Below are positions 7,593 to 15,459 of a DNA stretch of 45,048 bases, piece after piece. Within the stretch, counting starts at the first letter, position 1. Every line of letters starts with the position of its first letter. The stretch lies in IMG/VR virus record IMGVR_UViG_3300045988_083207. One strand, given 5' to 3'. Below the pieces are notes generated by a model. That model was not told the DNA's origin, did no database searches, and saw only the letters and a list, made by a program, of their open reading frames with translations. The stretch is from a virus. The position numbers and the translations under genes were made by a program.

Positions 7593-8715
7593 GGTCTGCA
7601 CCTCCATAAATTGCATGAAATAGCCGGTTCAGTTTCAGGACCCGGCCGTGGTCGTTGTAGTTCTCAAAATAGGCGATCTGGCTTGTCAGCCATTCCCGCA
7701 CCTGGGTGACAGTCATTTCCCCGGCGTCCACCTTTGCCCTGAACGCCCGCAGTTTCCGCCGCGCCCGTTTCATCCCGTCCCGGTTCCCATGGGTGATCAC
7801 CTTCCCGGTTTGTGTCAGGTGGAATTTTACCTTGCAGAACCGGAACGGCTTTGACAGCGGCACGATCTTGGTTTTTCTGCGGCTCACCGTCAGCCCCATG
7901 GCCTCCATTTTCTCCGTTACCGCGTCCCGGAACGCCTCCGCCTGTTCTTTCGTTTCCGCGATCATGTGGTAGTCGTCCATATAGTGGGCCGGTGCCTCCG
8001 CCCGCAGTTGGCAGGCCGCCCAGTTGTCCACGGCGGACGGCAGGGACACCATTTCCATCTGTGACGGCTCCACGCCCAGCGGCATACCTGCGCCGCCAGG
8101 AACGGAGGCCACCACCATGTCCGCCACCGCCCGGATCTCATTGTCCAGGATCAGGCGCCGGTGGCGTTCGTAGATCTCCGCATGGGGCGCGGATGGAAAG
8201 AACTGCTTTAGGTCCATAAGGACCACGTACCCCTCCTGGCCATGTTTCCGGTAATGGTCCCGCAGGATCTTTTTCAGTTCCTCATGGTGGAAGTGCAGGC
8301 CCTTTCCTCGTTGGCTGGCTCCGTTTCGGTATATCATCCCCGGGGTGTATAGCGGCTCCAGCACTTCCTTGGTCAGGGTTTTGTGGATCTGTCTGTCGTT
8401 GATGTGCGGGGCGTCTATTGGCCGGATCTTTCCTCGCTCCCGGAGGAGGAAGTGGGCGCCCGGTTTCGGCCGCCATGTCCCGGAAATGACTTCCCGCCGC
8501 CGGCGGGCCGTCCCGGAAAACAGGTGCCGTTCAAAGTTCTGCGTGGACTGTTTCCACCTCACATTGTTGCAGCACTTCTTTCCCCATTTGAACATTTTCC
8601 GAAAACTGAACGCCTGGTCTATCCCGCCCAGGGCGTCGTTTCGGATCCGCCGCCGCTCCTCTCGGGCGGCTTTTCGTCTATGGTATCGCGCCTCGCGGCG
8701 CTCCTCACTGGTCAT
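7585..8715 (-). CDS. DGR reverse transcriptase
   Basis: 376 aa from ATG 8715. Motifs VVLMDLKQFFPS, GMPLGVEPSQ (the SQ typical of DGR RTs), HYMDDYHMI, SRRKTKIV. Lies next to the TR. Confidence 0.85.
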   Translation of the reverse strand: MTSEERREARYHRRKAAREERRRIRNDALGGIDQAFSFRKMFKWGKKCCNNVRWKQSTQNFERHLFSGTARRRREVISGTWRPKPGAHFLLRERGKIRPIDAPHINDRQIHKTLTKEVLEPLYTPGMIYRNGASQRGKGLHFHHEELKKILRDHYRKHGQEGYVVLMDLKQFFPSAPHAEIYERHRRLILDNEIRAVADMVVASVPGGAGMPLGVEPSQMEMVSLPSAVDNWAACQLRAEAPAHYMDDYHMIAETKEQAEAFRDAVTEKMEAMGLTVSRRKTKIVPLSKPFRFCKVKFHLTQTGKVITHGNRDGMKRARRKLRAFRAKVDAGEMTVTQVREWLTSQIAYFENYNDHGRVLKLNRLFHAIYGGADHV

Positions 8716-8941
8716 ATATTTTATTCGCGCCTCCGTGCGGTTTTGGTGTAGGTGTGCGGCTAAACCGCGTAGCCCCGGCACATGAAACGGGGTTAGCACA
8801 ATAGACCCGCCATGCAAGCAGCGTCCGTGCAAGGGCCACAAAGTGCGGTTTCGGGTTTTGCCCGGGAAGTATCTCTCCTTTCACAATGGGTCCGGTTCGT
8901 TTCCTACTGCATTTGACCCGCTCCCCCTTGCGGAGGTTGTG

Positions 8942-9067
8942 AAATCCGGGGGCCACGGCCCAGGAATTGTTCGCGTTGTTGTTGTTGGCGCTGCCGTTGG
9001 TGTTGACAAGGCAGAAATTGTTGGTGTTCGTCGCATTGACGGACCGGCACCACGCATTGGCCGCCGT
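8942..9067 (-). repeat. DGR template repeat (TR)
   Basis: 126 nt collinear, without indels, with 9678..9803 and 39518..39643. Its coding-sense strand is rich in AAC/AAT codons (NATNTNNFCLVNTNGSANNNNANNS). Confidence 0.85.
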
Positions 9068-9128
9068 CAAAGGGTCCGCCGCCCTGCCACTCGGCACGTT
9101 TTCAGAGATACACCCAATGGCCAGTGAT

Positions 9129-9587
9129 TTATTTTCTTTTTCGGTCGCTCTCCAGAACGGCCCGGATCAGTTCGTTTTCCCTGTCGATCTTTTCGGCCAG
9201 GTTTTGCGCCATATCATCCAGTTTTTTGGTGGCCTCCGCCGCCGGTATGCTTTTCCCGTCCGGCTTTGTAAAGCACCCCTGCGGGTTCAATGCCAGGATG
9301 GTATAACAATGCCCCAGGCGCACGTCCAGGGCCATGAGCGCGGCCCTGGCCTCCAGCAGGTGCCCTTTCCGCAGGCCCATGTTCGGCTCTCCCTTTGGAA
9401 AAATACTGTTCGCCTTTTCCGTCTGATCGATCACTTCCCCGGCCAGCGCGGCCACCGGCTCCGCCAGCAGGCGGGCATACCTTGCGGAAAGCCTGGTCAG
9501 AAATGCCACGGTTTCCACGTAGATCTCATTGGCCAGGTTTACGTACTCCGCCTTGCTGGTTGATCTCTTGCTTTTCAGTACGGACAC
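9129..9587 (-). CDS. avd: Avd-like accessory variability determinant (helical bundle)
   Basis: 152 aa, predicted helical. GTG start with AAAGGAGGGG RBS. Canonical position between the target gene and the TR. Confidence 0.55.
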   Translation of the reverse strand: MSVLKSKRSTSKAEYVNLANEIYVETVAFLTRLSARYARLLAEPVAALAGEVIDQTEKANSIFPKGEPNMGLRKGHLLEARAALMALDVRLGHCYTILALNPQGCFTKPDGKSIPAAEATKKLDDMAQNLAEKIDRENELIRAVLESDRKRK

Positions 9588-9622
9588 GGCCGCCCCTCCT
9601 TTCGGTTCTTTCTCGGTCGGAT

Positions 9623-9644
9623 CCCGCCCACTTCCGTGGGCGGG
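9623..9644 (-). other. Hairpin downstream of VR1 (9-bp GC stem, GGAA loop on the coding strand)
   Basis: Plus strand reads cccgcccac ttcc gtgggcggg. Lies about 25 nt after the fibre stop codon. Confidence 0.7.
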
Positions 9645-9668
9645 ATTTTCTCCGATTGCTCCGCCGGA

Positions 9669-12191
9669 TTAGGCGGCAAAGCCGGGGGCCACGGCCCAGG
9701 AAACGTCCGCGCCGCTGCTGCCGGCGCCGCCGTCGGTGTAGACACGGCAGAAAATGCCGGTGTACGCCGCACGGACGGACCGGCACCACGCATAGGCCGC
9801 CGTGCCGGTGGCGTCGTGCTTGTAATGCACCTTGCTGTTGCCCGCCTGGTAATAGGCGTACTGCTGCTGGTAGTTCTGTTCCGCGCTGTTGGCATAGGAC
9901 CGGGCGCCCTGCACCTCGAACTCCGAAAGCAAAGGCAGGTAGTCCGTGGTGCTGGTCACATAACTGGCCGTATTGCTCCCGCCGCCGGTGTTGTCGCTGT
10001 ACTTGGTGATCGGTTTCATTACAGCGCGGAGATCCGCCGGCAGGGCCGCCAGCAGGGTGTTTGCCCTCGGGCTGGTTGGGGTCGTGTCGGAACCCAGGAC
10101 CGTGGTTCTCATGTGGCTGCCAGCCCACCCGCCGCTGTTGGTGTTGCTGGTGTTCATGGTAAACTTTCCGCTTGTGCTGGTGGAACTCCCGTAACTGCTA
10201 TCGCAGAGGCCCACCTGGGTGCCGCCGATCTTCCCGATCTTGAAGTGGATCCGGTTGGAACCCTCCCGGCTGGCGTTGTGGTTGAACCCCAAAATAAAAA
10301 CATTGATTGACAGGTTGGAGAACGAAGTGGCGCCCACGGTCCCGTTGATGGTGATGGTCTTGGTGTCGCCCACGTCCCAGTAGTTGTCCCCCTGGCCCGC
10401 GTCGGAAACCGCCTTGATGGTGGCCCACGAATTGCTGTTTAAGGTGCTTGAGATCACGGTCACGGTGATGGCCTGGGTGGTCGTCTTGGTCACTCCGCCC
10501 TCCGAATAGGAAACGGTGATGGCCGTGGTCCCCTGCGAAAGGGCGCCGGTGGGGGAGTAGGTGTACCCGGTTACTGCCGCGCTGCTCCCGTCGTTATAGT
10601 GCGCCGTCACCACCATGCCCGCCGTGCTGAAAGTTTCCCCGGAGAAATAGGAGGTCCTGCTGGGCGGTGTGGTGATCTCAATGCTGGTCAGCACCTTGGA
10701 AACAGTGATGGCCTGGGTGGCCGTCTTGGTCACTCCGCCCTCCGAATAGGAAACGGTGATCGTGGTGCTGCTCATGTTCAGGGTGCCGGTGGGGGAGTAG
10801 GTGTACCCGGTCACGGCGCGGCTTGCGTCGTCCGTATAGTACGCCGTCACCACCATGCCCGCCGGGTTGAAGGTTTCCCCGTACTTGTACGCCGTCTTTG
10901 TGGGCGGCGTCGTTACCGCGATATGGTCCAGGACCCGCACGGCCACCGCCACCGTGGTGGTCTTTGTGATCCCCGCCCGGCTGTATGTCACAGTGACAGA
11001 CTGGGTTCCCTGTGCCATGACCTGGGGGGAAAATGTGCAGTCGTCCGTCACGTTTTCGGTGGTGTCGTCCTCAAAAGTCGCTGTCACCACCATGCCCGCC
11101 GGGCTGAAGTTCTCTCCGATGAAATAGGTGGTTTTTGTCGGCTGCGTGGTCACGGCGATCCCGCTCGTGATCATCAGGTCCACCTCATACAGCAGGCCGC
11201 CGCCCACCTCAACCTCCTGGGACACGCTTTCGCCGTTCAGGCTTGCCGTCACGGTCCAGGCGCCCACGTGCGGCAGTTCAAACTCCGTGGAACCCGTACC
11301 TTGCAGGGTGGTTTCTCCGCCGTCAGAACAGGTCACGGACGCGCCCGCACAGGTTGTCACGGAAATGGTGGGGCTTTGCACCCCGATGGCCTCTTTCAGC
11401 GCCTGCAGGGTTGCTCTCCGGTGCTGTCCCGTGGATACGTCATAGAAGGGAATAAAGTCCTGCGTGTTCATGCTGCTTTCCTGCGTCAGGGCGTTGGTGG
11501 GCGCCTGGTAGTCCGTGCCCGCCGTTGCCTTTTCCACGCTGTACTTGTCGCCCTCCTCGGTGGTTGTCTTTTTCCCTTTCAGCAGGCCCTCCACTTTGAT
11601 CTGGTCCTGTTTATTTGCCAGGGCGCCGCCGTGGGCGTCCGGGTCCTCGTTGTGGTCGTCGATCAGATCCTGCAGGCTCTCCTCCAGTTCCGGCTTGATC
11701 GTGTTGTTGAAATATTCCGCCACGTCCTCGGCGGTCATCCACGCCTCCGCAGGATACGCCACGTCAACCTGGGTTCCGGTCGTCACCGTGATGGATACCG
11801 GATACCGGCGCACGTCCGGCGCCGTGCCCGCTACGTATGCGCTCACGTACTGCTTGGCGTTGCCCAGGGAACCATACCCGATCAGGGTTTCCTCTCCGTT
11901 CCCCACCTTTCCGAAAATGCCAAATTCTCCGATCCAGAACCCTTCCTGCAGTCCTCCGTTCAGGTCGGATCTGTATTCCACGATCATGTTGACGTTGTTC
12001 CCGTCCACCGTGGGCGCGGTGCTTGTCGCCTCCGGCCCCGGTGCGATCAGGTCCGTTAATTCCCGCGCCGCGTCCGGGTTGTCTGCAGTTCCTTCACCCA
12101 CCACAGCCTTTGTGATGGTCAGGGTCTGCCCGGCCACCATGCTGGCCAGGAGCGCGTTTCCGCTCTCCGTGATTACAAATCCATAGAACAC
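9669..12191 (-). CDS. Tail fibre / DGR target 1: tail-collar N-terminus, three Ig-like repeats, C-terminal lectin-type variable domain
   Basis: 840 aa. N-terminus MFYGFVITESGNALLASMVAGQTLTITKAVVGEG is P2 H-like. Three roughly 80-aa repeats. C-terminus is AYAWCRSVRAAYTGIFCRVYTDGGAGSSGADVSWAVAPGFAA*. Confidence 0.85.
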   Translation of the reverse strand: MFYGFVITESGNALLASMVAGQTLTITKAVVGEGTADNPDAARELTDLIAPGPEATSTAPTVDGNNVNMIVEYRSDLNGGLQEGFWIGEFGIFGKVGNGEETLIGYGSLGNAKQYVSAYVAGTAPDVRRYPVSITVTTGTQVDVAYPAEAWMTAEDVAEYFNNTIKPELEESLQDLIDDHNEDPDAHGGALANKQDQIKVEGLLKGKKTTTEEGDKYSVEKATAGTDYQAPTNALTQESSMNTQDFIPFYDVSTGQHRRATLQALKEAIGVQSPTISVTTCAGASVTCSDGGETTLQGTGSTEFELPHVGAWTVTASLNGESVSQEVEVGGGLLYEVDLMITSGIAVTTQPTKTTYFIGENFSPAGMVVTATFEDDTTENVTDDCTFSPQVMAQGTQSVTVTYSRAGITKTTTVAVAVRVLDHIAVTTPPTKTAYKYGETFNPAGMVVTAYYTDDASRAVTGYTYSPTGTLNMSSTTITVSYSEGGVTKTATQAITVSKVLTSIEITTPPSRTSYFSGETFSTAGMVVTAHYNDGSSAAVTGYTYSPTGALSQGTTAITVSYSEGGVTKTTTQAITVTVISSTLNSNSWATIKAVSDAGQGDNYWDVGDTKTITINGTVGATSFSNLSINVFILGFNHNASREGSNRIHFKIGKIGGTQVGLCDSSYGSSTSTSGKFTMNTSNTNSGGWAGSHMRTTVLGSDTTPTSPRANTLLAALPADLRAVMKPITKYSDNTGGGSNTASYVTSTTDYLPLLSEFEVQGARSYANSAEQNYQQQYAYYQAGNSKVHYKHDATGTAAYAWCRSVRAAYTGIFCRVYTDGGAGSSGADVSWAVAPGFAA
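9678..9803 (-). repeat. DGR variable repeat 1 (VR1)
   Basis: Differs from the TR at 20 positions that are all adenines on the TR coding strand, plus one non-adenine site (9745). A flanking IMH-like stretch from 9665 is shared with VR2 but not with the TR. Confidence 0.85.
10463..11180 (-). repeat. Tandem repeat of about 240 bp, three copies, encoding Ig-like domains
   Basis: 10466..10520 versus 10706..10760 is nearly identical (period 240). The third copy is diverged. Confidence 0.8.
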
Positions 12192-12206
12192 TGGTTTACC
12201 TCCTGT

Positions 12207-12860
12207 TTATCCCGCCGCCGGTATGGCGGTTTGTGTTATTGTCCCGAACGCTCCGCCAGAATACAGGCTTTCGTTCAGGTTGTAGTCCACCGGGGCCTCC
12301 GGCAGCGGCGTGGATGTGTAGCCCTTTCCCATGGTCCCCGTGAATGTCACGAAATCGGGATCCATGGTCGTGATGGTGATAATATCATCCAGCCACGAAG
12401 AAAGGCGTTTTACAGAGGACAGGACGCGCCGGAACTCCTCCAGTTCCCCAGGCTCCACCTCTCCGCCGTCGCCTACGTATGCCCGGAAGTGGTGCGGATC
12501 TCCGTCGTACTCGTACCACTCCTCTATGTACCCTGTCTGGAAAATGGTTTCAATGATCCGGTTTACCGCCGCCGGCGTCCCCATCTGCGAATAGAACAGG
12601 AGGGACCCCTGGATCAGCGCCCGTTTTGTGTTCAGGGAATAGTTTTCATCATAGGAAGGGGTGCGAAGTTCCACGGCCATATAGTCCAGCAGCCATTCCG
12701 GCATTGTTGATATGGCCGCGTAGGTCCTGGCCGCGTCGGAGTAGGCGCACAGTTTTTCAATCTGCCTCCCCACCGCATAGGCAAAAGCCTGCGTTTCCAC
12801 TTGCCCGGCCAGGTTTTCCGGCATGATCTGCGTGAACCGGCTCCCGGAAAGTTTAATCAT
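12207..12860 (-). CDS. Baseplate/tail protein, P2 gpI-like
   Basis: 217 aa, directly after the baseplate J-like gene. QAFAYAVGRQIEKL...LDYMAVELRTPSYDE. Confidence 0.6.
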   Translation of the reverse strand: MIKLSGSRFTQIMPENLAGQVETQAFAYAVGRQIEKLCAYSDAARTYAAISTMPEWLLDYMAVELRTPSYDENYSLNTKRALIQGSLLFYSQMGTPAAVNRIIETIFQTGYIEEWYEYDGDPHHFRAYVGDGGEVEPGELEEFRRVLSSVKRLSSWLDDIITITTMDPDFVTFTGTMGKGYTSTPLPEAPVDYNLNESLYSGGAFGTITQTAIPAAG

Positions 12861-14010
12861 CCTCCAGCCCTCCGTATGTGACCACCGCGCTGCCCTGGAT
12901 CGCGGACACCTTTATGGCGTCCACGGTGGTGTACGTCGGCGCTGTCACGGTCACGCGCTTGGCTCCCGCCTCCATGACCATGGCCACCAGTTTGGAAGGG
13001 TTAATGTCCCGTCCTATCGCTCTTTGCCACGTCTGGTAATCTGCCACGGCCTGGGCCACCGCCGCCTGAATTGTCACGGCTTTGGCGCTATCGCTCCGGT
13101 TGATGTAATAGGTCAAGTTAATGGTGTACTGTACCTCTTGCGGCGCGGCCACCCTCACCAGGTCCGTCATGGGGCGGATCGTCTTTCCCTGCAGGTATCC
13201 CTCCAGGCCCTCGATCATTTCCTCCCCCGGGGTGCTGCCGTCTGCCATGATGAAAACAATGTCCACGGTCCCCGCCGCTTGGTCGCTTGTGGCCACCACG
13301 TCGCCTATGGCGGCGCTGTACGCCTTGGCATGGTACAGGTATCCGTCCTCCGGTCCTGCCGTAGAATAGGCCCCAGGGGCCAGGAAAACCCGTTCCGCCA
13401 GGTCGTCGTCGCTCTCGATCTCCGCGCCTCCCTCGGTTGCCGTTGTGTTTGTCACGCTGGCCACATAGGGGATCGGGTCCACGATGGTGGCCAGTTCTCC
13501 GGCCGCGAACCCGTTTCCGTCCGTTCCTGCCACCGTGCAGGTGGCGGGCACGTCCACTGTGGTGGAACCCGCCGGGATCTCCGCGTACACGTCCGTGGAG
13601 AAATATATGGAACCGGCCGTGGAAACGCGGGTCCCCTGGGGGATCCCGGTTGCCGTGTCCCGCTCCGCCGAAAGGGTAAAGCGCAAGGTGGTGGTGGCCG
13701 GCGTTGCCGGGTTTCTGGTCACGCCCTTAAAAATAGCCAGGTTGTCCAGAAAATCCGAATAGGAATATTTCAGGATACTTTGCTTTCCCTGCCGGTCAAT
13801 GTACTGCATGGCCTGGTAGATCTGCGCCGCCGCCGCGTACAGTTCCATGCGGTGTACGCTGGACCGCTCCGGGCTCACCGTCTGGCCCGTAGCCTCGGAG
13901 ATAAAACTTTCATAGTCTGCCACCATTTCCTGCCGCACCTGATCAATGGTCTTGTTTTCGATAAAAGAAATGTCCGGCAGGCTCTTGATCGCGTTCATTT
14001 CGTCAGGCAC
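12853..14010 (-). CDS. Baseplate J-like protein
   Basis: 385 aa. Position and general gpJ/gp47 architecture. Confidence 0.7.
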   Translation of the reverse strand: MPDEMNAIKSLPDISFIENKTIDQVRQEMVADYESFISEATGQTVSPERSSVHRMELYAAAAQIYQAMQYIDRQGKQSILKYSYSDFLDNLAIFKGVTRNPATPATTTLRFTLSAERDTATGIPQGTRVSTAGSIYFSTDVYAEIPAGSTTVDVPATCTVAGTDGNGFAAGELATIVDPIPYVASVTNTTATEGGAEIESDDDLAERVFLAPGAYSTAGPEDGYLYHAKAYSAAIGDVVATSDQAAGTVDIVFIMADGSTPGEEMIEGLEGYLQGKTIRPMTDLVRVAAPQEVQYTINLTYYINRSDSAKAVTIQAAVAQAVADYQTWQRAIGRDINPSKLVAMVMEAGAKRVTVTAPTYTTVDAIKVSAIQGSAVVTYGGLEDD

Positions 14011-14308
14011 TTGTGATCACCACCTTTGCAATTAAATTTCCTTGGCCTCCGCTGCTCCATTTGACTTCCTGAACCCGCACCGTTGGAATAAACTTGGCCA
14101 CTTTTTCCGTGACCTCCGCCGTGTATAGGCTTTTCGCTACCTCCGGCGGCATATCCACAAAGTCCATATTCAGGCCGAACTCCCGATCCAGGGGCATGGT
14201 GCCCTCCCGTGTGGACAGGAGCAGGGCCAGTTGTCGGTCCAGTTCCGCCATGTAGTCGCCGGCGAAGGTGTATTCCAGTTTGAAGTCGTAAACGCCGGTT
14301 TCGTTCAT
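14003..14308 (-). CDS. Baseplate wedge protein, GPW/gp25-like
   Basis: 101 aa. LLSTREGTMPLDREFGLNMDFVDMP. Confidence 0.65.
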   Translation of the reverse strand: MNETGVYDFKLEYTFAGDYMAELDRQLALLLSTREGTMPLDREFGLNMDFVDMPPEVAKSLYTAEVTEKVAKFIPTVRVQEVKWSSGGQGNLIAKVVITSA

Positions 14309-14700
14309 GTGTACTCCTCCAGGTTGATGGTCATGGAGGCCCTGACAAGTTCGCCCCGGTTATATACCACGGCCCAGGTTTCGCTCGATCCGGTCAGCCG
14401 GAACGGGTTGTTTCCCACGGGCCTGGTTCCGATCACCAGGCGCTCCGCCGTCCCGGTTTCCACCATGTTCTCGATCTCCTCCAGTACGTCCCTGGGTCGC
14501 ACCCCCAGGGTTGCGGAAACTGTGATCGTCAGGCTGGCCGCCTGCAGTCCTGCGCCCAAAAACTCCGGCTTTGGCTTTACGCCCTGGGGTTCGTGATTTG
14601 TCCACCGGCTCGTGATCTCCCGGGTCATTTCCGAAAAAGTAAAAACCTGGTCGTCGCTCACCGTAAAGACGATCTTTCTTCCCAGTGTTCCAATGGCCAT
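14305..14700 (-). CDS. Tail protein, P2 GpU-like
   Basis: 131 aa. SRWTNHEPQGVKPKPEFLGAGLQAASLTITVS pattern. Confidence 0.45.
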   Translation of the reverse strand: MAIGTLGRKIVFTVSDDQVFTFSEMTREITSRWTNHEPQGVKPKPEFLGAGLQAASLTITVSATLGVRPRDVLEEIENMVETGTAERLVIGTRPVGNNPFRLTGSSETWAVVYNRGELVRASMTINLEEYT

Positions 14701-14703
14701 TGT

Positions 14704-15042
14704 TTACCCTCCGATCCGCACGGTGGCGCTGCCTCCGGTGATAGTCCCGCTCCCGCTGTGTGGTGCCAGGGCGTCGCCGGTGCGGGCCGCCGCTTTTCCG
14801 TTGATCCTTACTGTTCCGCTGCCGGCCGCCACCGCTCCCTTGCTGGATCCACAGCACCCGTCCCGCTCGGTGGTTTCACTTCCCACCGTGGCGGCCGCCA
14901 GGCCGTTCACTCGCACGTCCCCGGAACAGGCCCCGGAGATCTCCCCGGTGAACTGTTCAGGGGAGTGTGGGGGCACGTGCCCCGAATGTTCCCCGGCGGT
15001 GGTCCCGTCCACCGCGTCCGTCAGTCTTGCCGCGTTTGGCAT
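14704..15042 (-). CDS. PAAR-domain spike-tip protein
   Basis: 112 aa from ATG 15042 (AAGGAGG RBS). MPNAARLTD...GSGTVRINGKAAARTGDALAPHSGSGTITGGSATVRIGG. Confidence 0.7.
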   Translation of the reverse strand: MPNAARLTDAVDGTTAGEHSGHVPPHSPEQFTGEISGACSGDVRVNGLAAATVGSETTERDGCCGSSKGAVAAGSGTVRINGKAAARTGDALAPHSGSGTITGGSATVRIGG

Positions 15043-15056
15043 GGCTCCCGCCTCCT

Positions 15057-15449
15057 TTAGTTCAGGTCGATGGTTGCACCGTTGATGGTGATGGCCCCGC
15101 CCGCCTCGATGTTGATCGCCCCCGTGCATTTGATGGTCAGGGTGCTTCCGTCGTACCGGATCATGGCGTCCCCAGGGTTTTGCCCCAGGTCTTTTCGGTA
15201 CAGGGCTGCCCCGCTCTCCGGTGGCTTGTGCTTTTCGCTCCACGGCCTGCCCAGGACCACGCCGGCCTCCGTCCCGTTGGATAGGTGGACCACAAGGACC
15301 TGGGACCCCACCGGGGGCATTTTGTACTCATGGGAAAGGAGGGGGATCAGGCGTGTCACGTCGTCGTCCTTTTCGTGATACACCACCCGGGCCATTCCCT
15401 TGGCGTAGTCGATGGACGATATTTTCCCCAGTCTAATTTCTGCGGCCAT
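15057..15449 (-). CDS. Baseplate spike protein, gpV-like
   Basis: 130 aa. GKISSIDYAKGMARVVY...PPVGSQVLVVHL. Confidence 0.6.
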   Translation of the reverse strand: MAAEIRLGKISSIDYAKGMARVVYHEKDDDVTRLIPLLSHEYKMPPVGSQVLVVHLSNGTEAGVVLGRPWSEKHKPPESGAALYRKDLGQNPGDAMIRYDGSTLTIKCTGAINIEAGGAITINGATIDLN

Positions 15450-15459
15450 TGGTTCCTCC

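Noticed and set aside
8705-9097. 130-aa minus-strand ORF spanning the TR (…AANAWCRSVNATNTNNFCLVNTNGSANNNNANNSWAVAPGF…)
   Set aside because: It is the template repeat read in the VR frame. The Asn-rich stretch reflects the adenine-rich template. There is no RBS, and the downstream part is the TR-RT spacer, so it was not called as a gene.
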